Assembly (NCBI GenBank): GCA_016875395.1
Contig: VGRF01000010.1
Location: forward strand, 65,065-129,064
Direction: 5' to 3'
Length of the DNA: 64,000 nucleotides
Origin: Deltaproteobacteria bacterium
GTDB taxonomy: Bacteria; Myxococcota_A; UBA9160; UBA6930
In this document: positions 56,820 through 64,000 of the stretch, in pieces
Layout: the number at the start of each line of letters is the position of its first letter
Position numbering within the stretch: position 1 is the first letter of the stretch
Notes under the pieces: generated by a model
Seen by the model: the letters and a program-made list of their open reading frames with translations, nothing else
Told to the model about the DNA's origin: nothing
The model's database searches: none
Translations under genes and position numbers: made by a program

Positions 56820-58079
56820 CTACTTCCCGGCGTGACTCGCTGCCTCAATACGCTCCTTCACCCGCGCCACTCCAGCCTCCCCGCGGAAGCGCGACGGCCC
56901 CGCCATCGGGCGCAGGTGCTCGGGCTCGAGCGAGGGCGGATCCTGCGCGGGGTCGTCGAAGCGCCGCAGCACCTTGTAGGTCGTGCTGCGCTCGACGGGC
57001 GTGCGGCCCATCTCGCGGATCAGGCGGCGCATCTCCTCGGGCGCGAGGTTCTCGCCGAAGTCCGCGCCGGACTCGCGGCTGATCGACTCCTCCATCAGCG
57101 TGCCGCCGAAGTCGTTCGCGCCAGCTGTCAGGGATACCTGCGCGAGCTTCGGCCCCATCTTCACCCACGACATCTGCACGTTCTGGATGTGCGGGCGCAA
57201 GAACAGGCGCGACACCGCGATCATCTTCAGGTCTTCGGCCGCCGACGGGCCGGGCCGCGTGATGTCGACGTGGCCGAGCGTGTTCTTCTCGTGAATGAAG
57301 CCGAGCGGCACGAACTCGGTGAAGCCGCCCGTCTCCTTCTGAATGTCGCGAATCGTGCCAAGGTGCTTCGCGACGTGGTGCGGCTTCTCGAGGTGCCCGT
57401 ACATGATCGTCGCCGTCGAGCGCAGCCCGACGCGATGCGCGGTCTTCACGATCTCGATCCAGCGGTCGGTCATCAGCTTGTTAGGTGAGAGCTGGCGGCG
57501 GACCGAGTCGTCGAGGATCTCCGCCGCGGTGCCGGGGATCGTCCCGAGGCCCGCTTCCTTCAACCACGTCAGCAGCTGCTCGAAGGACCAGCCGCTCTGC
57601 TTCTGCATGAAGCTGATCTCTTCCGGCGAGTACGCGTGGATGTGCAGCTGCGGGTACTTCGCCTTGATCGAGGTGAGGATCAGCTTGTAGTGGTGTTGGT
57701 CCTTGTGCGGGTCGATGCCGCCTTGGATGCACACTTCGGTCGCGCCGCGTGAAACCGCGTCGTCGCACTTCGCGAGGATCTGCTCCATCGAGCGGTCGTA
57801 GGCGTCGTGCTCGTCGCGGTGGCGCGCGAATCCGCAGAACGAGCAGCCGACGTAACAAATGTTGGTGAAGTTGATGTTGCGGCACACCACGAACGAGACG
57901 TCGTCGCCTTTGTCGGCCTTGCGCGCGGCATCCGCGGTGAGGAGCAGCGCGGTGTAGTCCGCGCCCTGCGCCGCGAGCAGCGCGATCGCGTCTTCGTGCG
58001 TGAGCTCGCGGCCCGCGAGCGCGCCCTCGAGCAGCCGCGCGAAGTCGGGCTTCACGTCCGAGAGGAGTCGCTCCAGCAT
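56820..58079 (-). CDS. cofH: FO synthase subunit 2 (7,8-didemethyl-8-hydroxy-5-deazariboflavin synthase CofH)
   Basis: Last 419 codons of ORF 56820..59198. Radical-SAM CYVGCSFCGF, plus GTIPGTAAEIL and ATIMYGHLE. ATGA overlap with cofG. Confidence 0.85.
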   Translation of the reverse strand: MLERLLSDVKPDFARLLEGALAGRELTHEDAIALLAAQGADYTALLLTADAARKADKGDDVSFVVCRNINFTNICYVGCSFCGFARHRDEHDAYDRSMEQILAKCDDAVSRGATEVCIQGGIDPHKDQHHYKLILTSIKAKYPQLHIHAYSPEEISFMQKQSGWSFEQLLTWLKEAGLGTIPGTAAEILDDSVRRQLSPNKLMTDRWIEIVKTAHRVGLRSTATIMYGHLEKPHHVAKHLGTIRDIQKETGGFTEFVPLGFIHEKNTLGHVDITRPGPSAAEDLKMIAVSRLFLRPHIQNVQMSWVKMGPKLAQVSLTAGANDFGGTLMEESISRESGADFGENLAPEEMRRLIREMGRTPVERSTTYKVLRRFDDPAQDPPSLEPEHLRPMAGPSRFRGEAGVARVKERIEAASHAGK

Positions 58080-59281
58080 CAGGCAGCCTCCAGGCTCATG
58101 CGCGGGCGCGCGTAGAAATCGCCGGTCGCCGCGCGCTGCACGGCCTCGTACACGTTCGGCTCGAAGAACTCGGGCTTGCGCGCGTGGCGCGGATACACCG
58201 GCAGGCGCTCGACGAGGCGCTTGCCGTGCGCCTCGGTGCGCGCGCGCAGATCGCGCAGCGCAGGCCACGGCGCTTCGGGGTTGATGAAGTCGACCGTCAC
58301 CGGCGAAACGCCGCCCCAGTCGCTCACGCCGGCGGCGAGCAGCTCGCCGAACGACTCGGGCGAGAGATTCGGCGGCGCCTGCACGCTGATCTCGCGCCCC
58401 AGCACGAGCCGCGCGAGCGCCGACCAGTCCGCGACCTCGGCGTCCGTCACCGCCGCCGCCCAGCGCATGCGCGTGCCGGGCTTCGGGTGGAAGGGCTGGA
58501 TGATCGCTTCTTGGATGTGCCCGTAGCGATCGTCGAGCTCGCGCATCGCGATGAGTGTGTCGACGCGCTCCTCGAGATTCTCTCCGATCCCTAACAACAT
58601 GCCCGTGGTGAACGGAATCTTCAGCTCGCCCGCCTCGGCGTGCATGCGCAGCCGCAGCGCCGGGTCTTTGTCGGGCGCGTACTGATGCGCCATGCCCTTG
58701 CCGCGCAGGCGCGGGCTCACGGACTCGAGCATCAGGCCCATCGACGCGTTCCAGTGGCGCAGCGCCGCCATCTCTTCCTGCGTGAGGATCCCGGCGTTCG
58801 TGTGCGGGAGCATTCCGCCCTCGAACGAGACGCGGCAGCCCTGCACGAGATACTCCGCGGTGCTGCGGTAGCCGACGCCCGCAAGCCACTCGCGATACGA
58901 CCGGTAGGCGATCTCGGGCTTGTCGCCGAGGCAGAACAGCGCCTCGATGCAGCCCGTGCGCACGCCGCCGCGCGTCACGTCCGCGACTTCTTCGAGCGTG
59001 TAGGTCTTCGCCTCGGGCGAATCGTCCTGCTTCGCGAACGTGCAGTAGGCGCAGCGGTCGCGGCACAGGTTCGTGAGCGGGATGAAGACGTTGCGCGAGA
59101 ACGTGACCGCGTCGCCGAGCACGCGGCGCGTGCCCTCCGCCGCCGCCTCGAACACGGCGCCGCGCACGCTCGCGTCGCGCATGTGCTCCGCGAGCCAAAC
59201 CGCATCGGCGCGGGCGAGCCGCCCCGCTTCGAGGGCGTCGCGGGAAATGGCTTGCGCTTGCGCGGAGTCGGGGGAGGTCAC
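58079..59281 (-). CDS. cofG: FO synthase subunit 1 (CofG)
   Basis: ORF 58079..59458. Radical-SAM CRDRCAYCTF, plus FTTGMLLGIGE. GTG at 59281 is chosen because the longer ORF overlaps the upstream gene; the start is uncertain. Confidence 0.8.
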   Translation of the reverse strand: MTSPDSAQAQAISRDALEAGRLARADAVWLAEHMRDASVRGAVFEAAAEGTRRVLGDAVTFSRNVFIPLTNLCRDRCAYCTFAKQDDSPEAKTYTLEEVADVTRGGVRTGCIEALFCLGDKPEIAYRSYREWLAGVGYRSTAEYLVQGCRVSFEGGMLPHTNAGILTQEEMAALRHWNASMGLMLESVSPRLRGKGMAHQYAPDKDPALRLRMHAEAGELKIPFTTGMLLGIGENLEERVDTLIAMRELDDRYGHIQEAIIQPFHPKPGTRMRWAAAVTDAEVADWSALARLVLGREISVQAPPNLSPESFGELLAAGVSDWGGVSPVTVDFINPEAPWPALRDLRARTEAHGKRLVERLPVYPRHARKPEFFEPNVYEAVQRAATGDFYARPRMSLEAA

Positions 59282-59375
59282 GGGGAGCCCAGCATAACCC
59301 GCATGTCGGGGTGTCTCGCGCGGCCGGATGGATGCGGGTAGGGCCCGCCGCCGTTTGGTGTCACCCGCGACCGCA

Positions 59376-61100
59376 CTACTTCCCGTCCGCGATCCCCACC
59401 CACTCGCGCAGCTGCGCGGGGTCGGTGCGGTGCAGGAAATCGCCCGCCGGGAGCCCACTCCCGTGCTCGCGGATGGCGCGCGCGAGACCTACCAGCGCGG
59501 GCACCATCTGCTCCTCCGCGATGCGCGCGTACAGCGTGTGCGCGAGGCGCTCGCCGTTGCGCGCGCCGCCGACCAGGATCACGTGGTCGTTCTTGCCGTA
59601 GCCGAAGATGCCGATCTCGGCGGACGGCGGGCGGGCGCAGTTGTTGGGGCAGCCCGTCATGCGGATCACGATGTCGACGTCGCCGAGGCCCGCGGCTTCG
59701 ACCTCGTCGATGTAGTGCGGGAGGATGTTCTCGGCGTCAGTCATCGCGAGCCCGCAGGTCGGCTTCGCGGGGCAAGCCATCGCGTTCGCGCGCACGCGCG
59801 ACACCGCCTTGCGCGCGCCGTGCGCGTCGAGGATGCGCTCGACGCTCGCGGCGTCCGGCGCATCGCACAGGATCAGATCCTGCTGCGGCGTCAGCACGAC
59901 GGCGCAGCCGAGCTTCTCCACCGCTTCGCGCACGGCCTTGCGCTGCGCGCCCTTCAGGCGCCCGTTCTCGACGGAGACGCCGTAATAACCGCGTCCGCCG
60001 CGCTGCGCGTGCCAGCCGAGGTGAAGCTGCATGTCGGCGATGCGCACGGGCGCTGCGTCCTCGAGCGCGAGGCCGAAGCGCTCGCGCAGCTCCTTCTTCA
60101 CCGCGTCGACGCCGAGCCGGCGCAGCGTGTACTTCCAGCGCGCCTGCCTGCGGTCGCCGCGCTCGCCGTTCTCCTTCTGGATCAGCACGATTGCGCGGCA
60201 AGCGGCGACCACGTCGCTTCGCGCGATGCGCCCCAGGTGCTCGCCCAGCAGCGGCGCGGTCTTCGGGTTGTTGTGCGTCATCCCGAGCCCGCCGCCGGTG
60301 TAAAAGTCCCAGCGCTCGCCGCGCTCGTCCGCGGGCACGAGCCCGACGTCCTGCGTGCGCACGTCCACCGAGCCGTCGCGCGGGTGCGCGATCCCGATCT
60401 TGAACTTGCGCGGCAGGTACTGCGCGCCGTAGATCGGCTCGTCCGTGTTCACGGGCGCTTGGTTCCGACCCTCGGCGTCAGACACGAAGATCTGGAAGTA
60501 CGACGAGCTGCGCGGCGTCAGCTCCGCGGCGATGTCGTGCGCGAGCGCGAGGCCGCCGGGCGCGCAGCTCGGATCCAGCGCGTCGATCGGCGACGCCATC
60601 ACGTTGCGATTCACGTCGCCGCAGGCGGAGACGGTCGCGCCGTCGCGGTAGTGGCGGTTCAGGTGCCGCATCAGCGGCGCGAGCTTCGGTCCGTAGACGC
60701 GGTGGTACTGGATCGCCTGGCGCGAGGTGAGGCGCAGCGTCCCGTCCGCGAACTGATCGGCTGCATCGTCGAGCGCGAGCCACTGCTTCGGAGAGAGCTT
60801 GCCGCCCGCCGGATTCTTGATCCGCACCATGAAGAAGTAGTCGTGCGTCTTGCGCCCGCGCTCGCCGCGGCCCTGCTGCTTATAGATCCCGAAGAACTTG
60901 GACAGCTCCTTGGCCGTTCCCGAGATCGACTGCTCCTCGCCCGAATCGAGCTTCTGGACCTCGTCGAGGAAGCTGTGCGTCGCCTTCCCGTCCGCGACGA
61001 AGAACAGCCCGCGGCTCTCGACCTTGATGCGCTCGTTGTCGGACATCTCCGCGAGCGACGCGGTCTTCAGCGAGGCGACCGGCCTGGGCTCTGCGGACAT
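59376..61100 (-). CDS. Sulfite/nitrite reductase hemoprotein (sirohaem-4Fe4S)
   Basis: Internal ATG (codon 53) of ORF 59376..61256. RLTSRQAIQYH repeat halves, and the C-terminal cluster ACPAKPTCGLA...TGCPNNCARP. Confidence 0.85.
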   Translation of the reverse strand: MSAEPRPVASLKTASLAEMSDNERIKVESRGLFFVADGKATHSFLDEVQKLDSGEEQSISGTAKELSKFFGIYKQQGRGERGRKTHDYFFMVRIKNPAGGKLSPKQWLALDDAADQFADGTLRLTSRQAIQYHRVYGPKLAPLMRHLNRHYRDGATVSACGDVNRNVMASPIDALDPSCAPGGLALAHDIAAELTPRSSSYFQIFVSDAEGRNQAPVNTDEPIYGAQYLPRKFKIGIAHPRDGSVDVRTQDVGLVPADERGERWDFYTGGGLGMTHNNPKTAPLLGEHLGRIARSDVVAACRAIVLIQKENGERGDRRQARWKYTLRRLGVDAVKKELRERFGLALEDAAPVRIADMQLHLGWHAQRGGRGYYGVSVENGRLKGAQRKAVREAVEKLGCAVVLTPQQDLILCDAPDAASVERILDAHGARKAVSRVRANAMACPAKPTCGLAMTDAENILPHYIDEVEAAGLGDVDIVIRMTGCPNNCARPPSAEIGIFGYGKNDHVILVGGARNGERLAHTLYARIAEEQMVPALVGLARAIREHGSGLPAGDFLHRTDPAQLREWVGIADGK

Positions 61101-61135
61101 CGAGGGGTCTCCGGGGAAGCGGCGCACCCTATCGG

Positions 61136-62950
61136 ATGCCCCTAGGGCGAGCCACGAATCCCGACCTGCGCGCCTGTGAATCGCGGGCGAGGAGACGCGG
61201 TCCCGCGTGCTGGCGCCTCGATCGGCACGAAAGCGGAGGCAGAAGCCGCCTTCCATCCGGGGTTGAAGGGTTCATTTGCACGCAAGTTGCGGTCAAGAGG
61301 GCTTGCGGGGATGCCGATTCAAACCGCGACGTTGACTCGACACCGATCAGCCGCACGCCGCTCATCGCGTGGCTCCGCCAGAGCCTCGCGCGCGATCTCG
61401 CCGTGCTCGTGGTCGGGCTGTGCCTGGTCGCCGCAATCGTCACCGCGCTGACGTCGCGTGAGGTGCTAGACACCGCAGTTCGCCACGGCGTTCGTGCGGA
61501 GCTCGAGCGGGAGTTCGATCGTGCGCAAACCGCACTGCAGCTCTCGCGAAGACAAGAGTTCGAGGGAGCGAACGTAATCGCGCGCGACGATCTGCTGCTC
61601 GAATGCCTCGCACGCGGCAGCGAAGGGCACAGCGCCTTGCGGGCGCGGCTAGAGGTGCTGTTCGCGCGCGAGCCCGAAGCCATCGGCTTTGCGCTGGCTC
61701 GGCCCGGCGCGCGCGAGCCCTTCGTCATGGTCGGCCAGTGGGGCCGCTCGCACTGGCAGTTCGCGCTCGCACAGCGCACCTCCGCGGGCAGCTCCGTTGC
61801 CGCGACAGAGGTCGAAGGCGCTCCGATCGACCTCGCGCGGATCGCGATTGCGACGCGCGACGGGTCCGTGCTGCTGTGGATCGCGTTCGATCCGCTGCGC
61901 GCACTCGACGTGCTCTACGACGAGGGCCAGATCGACGCCGCGATCACGGGCGCGCGAGGAGACAAGCTCGCCGGCTCCCTCGCCGCGTCTGCGCTCACGC
62001 GCGAGATCGGCTTCCGCGACGCCAAAGGATCCGATGGCGCACCGCTGCTCGTGCTGCGTCGCGAGCTCGCCGGAACGCCGTGGCAGCTCGTCATCGCGCG
62101 TCCGCTGCCCGCGCTTCCGGCAAACACGCTGCTCAGCCTCGTGCTCGGGAGCGTTCTCACGGCGGTCGTCGCCGGGGGCCTCGCGTTCGGCGTCGGCGCG
62201 TGGCGCCTGCGCCCGCTGCTCGATCTCGCCGAGGGCGCGGGCCGGCTCGCCGGCGGCGACTTCAACGTGCGCATGCCCGTGAGCGAAGCGCACGACGAGG
62301 TGCAGACGCTCGCGCGCGCGTTCAACGACATGGCCGCGCAGCTCGAGGGCCAGCGGCGTGCGCTCGAGGAGCGCAACCGGGATTTGTTACGGGCGAACGA
62401 GGTACTCGAGCAGCTCTCGATCACCGACGGACTCACCCACCTCCACAATCACCGCCACTTCCACGACCAGTTCTCGCGCGAGGTGAAGCGCGCCGACCGC
62501 AGCGAGCAGCCGCTTTGCCTGCTGCTCGTCGACATCGACGACTTCAAGCTGCTGAACGACCGCTACGGCCACGCTGCGGGCGACCGCGTGCTCGCGGCGG
62601 CCGCTCAGCTGATCAACCTGCAAATCCGCGAGTCGGACTACGTCGCCCGCTACGGCGGAGAGGAGTTCGCGCTGCTCCTGCCACACACGCCCCTCGAAGG
62701 CGCCACCGCGCTCGGCGAGAAGATTCGGACCGCGATGTCGGAGCACGAGTTCCCGATCGAGGAGCGCGACATCGTCGTGCGCGTGACGGTCTCCGTGGGT
62801 GTCGCGCTCTACTCCACGACCACCGACGAGACCTTCGATGCCGCCGATCGCGCGCTGTACGAGGCGAAGGCCGCGGGCAAGGACTGCGTCTTCACGGCGG
62901 CGCCGCTCGATCGGACGCCGGCTCCATCTCCGCTGAAGCGCCGCCGCTGA
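61136..62950 (+). CDS. Membrane sensor diguanylate cyclase (periplasmic domain-HAMP-GGDEF)
   Basis: Two TM helices, HAMP (LAGGDFNVRMP...EVQTLARAFNDMA), I-site RESD and active site GGEEF. The start is uncertain; ATG 61136 lies only 36 nt from the divergent reductase start. Confidence 0.8.
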   Translation: MPLGRATNPDLRACESRARRRGPACWRLDRHESGGRSRLPSGVEGFICTQVAVKRACGDADSNRDVDSTPISRTPLIAWLRQSLARDLAVLVVGLCLVAAIVTALTSREVLDTAVRHGVRAELEREFDRAQTALQLSRRQEFEGANVIARDDLLLECLARGSEGHSALRARLEVLFAREPEAIGFALARPGAREPFVMVGQWGRSHWQFALAQRTSAGSSVAATEVEGAPIDLARIAIATRDGSVLLWIAFDPLRALDVLYDEGQIDAAITGARGDKLAGSLAASALTREIGFRDAKGSDGAPLLVLRRELAGTPWQLVIARPLPALPANTLLSLVLGSVLTAVVAGGLAFGVGAWRLRPLLDLAEGAGRLAGGDFNVRMPVSEAHDEVQTLARAFNDMAAQLEGQRRALEERNRDLLRANEVLEQLSITDGLTHLHNHRHFHDQFSREVKRADRSEQPLCLLLVDIDDFKLLNDRYGHAAGDRVLAAAAQLINLQIRESDYVARYGGEEFALLLPHTPLEGATALGEKIRTAMSEHEFPIEERDIVVRVTVSVGVALYSTTTDETFDAADRALYEAKAAGKDCVFTAAPLDRTPAPSPLKRRR

Positions 62951-62956
62951 AGATCC

Positions 62957-63958
62957 CTAATAGGTCTTCGGCTCTCGCCGATAGCGAGGCCGCGGCTCGC
63001 CCGGCGGCTGCGTGCGCCAGCGGCGGTGCGCCCACGTCCACAGCTCCGGCGCAGCGCGGATCTCCGCCTCGACCGCGCGGGTCATCTGCCGCACGTTCGC
63101 GGCGAGCGATGCGTCGTCGTCGCGCGAGCGCTCGATGTCGAGCGCGGGGTAGAAGCGCGCGACGTGGCGCGCGGGATCCATCGCGTCTCGGTGCAAGAAC
63201 ATCGGCACGATCGGCGCGCCGGTGGACATCGCGAGCTGCGCGGGGCCGCTGCGCGTGCAGGCGAGCCTTCCGAGGAACGGGACGAAGATTCCCTCGTCCG
63301 CGCCCACGTTCTGGTCGAGCAGCAGCGCGAGCAGGCTGCCCTTGCGCAGCGCGCGCACTACGCCCAGCGCGGCGCTCCCGCGCGGCAAGTACGTCGCGCC
63401 GCTCTCGGCGCGGCGGGCGACGATCACCTCGTCGAGCCCCGCGTCGTCGCGCACGCGGTGGACGACGGTGAGCGGGTAGCCGCGCGCGGTGAGCACGGCG
63501 GCGAAGAGCTCCCAGGAGCCGAAGTGCGCGGTCATCACGATCACGCCGCCGCCGGGCGCCGCAGCGCGCGCCGCGTCGAGATGTTCGAGGCCCTCGAAGC
63601 GCACGCGCGCGAGCACCTGCTCCGGCGAGCGGCGCCCGAGCCACGCGAGCTCGACCAAGCTGCGGCCGAGATTCTCGAACGAGCGCACGAGCCCGCGCGT
63701 TCGCCGAGCTTCGCTCCACTCGGGAAACGCGATGCGCAGATTGATCCGCGCGTCGCGCGTGCGCGGCAGCCCGAGGCGCGCCCAGCTGCGGCCGGCAAAC
63801 GCGCCGAGCGCGAGCGCCGCGTCGTCGGGCAGCTGCGCAACCGCCCATAACAACCCACGCGCAGCGACGCCTCGCAGGCTGGATCGCGGCGGCTCCTTCG
63901 CGTCGCGAGCGCTCAGACGAGCCCCAGCGAGCGCTCGAACTCCTCGAGCTCCGCCCAC
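62957..63958 (-). CDS. LpxL/HtrB-family lysophospholipid (lipid A late) acyltransferase
   Basis: IVMTAHFGSWE (HX4E-like motif), LLLDQN and a C-terminal WxWxHRRW motif (WTWAHRRWR). Confidence 0.7.
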   Translation of the reverse strand: MGGARGVRALAGARLSARDAKEPPRSSLRGVAARGLLWAVAQLPDDAALALGAFAGRSWARLGLPRTRDARINLRIAFPEWSEARRTRGLVRSFENLGRSLVELAWLGRRSPEQVLARVRFEGLEHLDAARAAAPGGGVIVMTAHFGSWELFAAVLTARGYPLTVVHRVRDDAGLDEVIVARRAESGATYLPRGSAALGVVRALRKGSLLALLLDQNVGADEGIFVPFLGRLACTRSGPAQLAMSTGAPIVPMFLHRDAMDPARHVARFYPALDIERSRDDDASLAANVRQMTRAVEAEIRAAPELWTWAHRRWRTQPPGEPRPRYRREPKTY

Positions 63959-64000
63959 ACCTCGCGATCGATCGCGCGGAAACGCTCGATCGCGTCGTCG
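63913..64000 (-). CDS. 3' end of an unidentified gene entering from the right edge
   Basis: The open frame reads ..DDAIERFRAIDREVWAELEEFERSLGLV*. It is too short to name. Confidence 0.3.
   Translation of the reverse strand, partial: DDAIERFRAIDREVWAELEEFERSLGLV

Overview
High-GC (by eye about 70% G+C) bacterial chromosomal window with about 60 tightly packed genes on both strands. Nearly every real gene is shadowed by Arg/Ala-rich ORFs in other frames, so I made calls from protein motifs recognised by eye and refined starts inside the supplied ORFs. No searches were run, and every family name is motif recall. Core genes: dnaA, murI, thiC behind a TPP riboswitch, cofG/cofH (FO synthase for F420), a sulfite/nitrite reductase, an acyl-CoA carboxyltransferase and an LpxL-type acyltransferase. 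Accessory genes: three P450s, three TetR regulators, an RND efflux pump, two MFS transporters, Fae plus two GFA proteins, a WS/DGAT-like acyltransferase, an esterase, an ECF sigma/anti-sigma pair, cytochrome P460 and a GGDEF protein. A one-module reducing type I PKS operon (lipocalin-like, KS-AT-DH-ER-x-ACP, alpha/beta hydrolase) sits beside a divergent TetR. Signals not explained by ordinary annotation: (1) the AT-rich hexamer TTGTTA occurs at least 27 times against about 2-4 expected, mostly on the sense strand, and 15 times as the rare codon pair TTG-TTA (Leu-Leu); (2) 36.8-40.35 kb is a gene graveyard holding an hsdR C-terminal half coupled to murI, an out-of-frame XRE HTH, an E2 acyltransferase with an in-frame TAG, an E1-beta stub and an HPPD stub; (3) several repeat families, including a roughly 100-nt intergenic element (5-6 copies), a 38-bp AT-rich palindrome bracketing a DUF4143 ATPase gene, and a 26-nt exact repeat shared by the tetR promoter and the PKS ER domain. 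I recognised no tRNA, rRNA, CRISPR, transposase or integrase.
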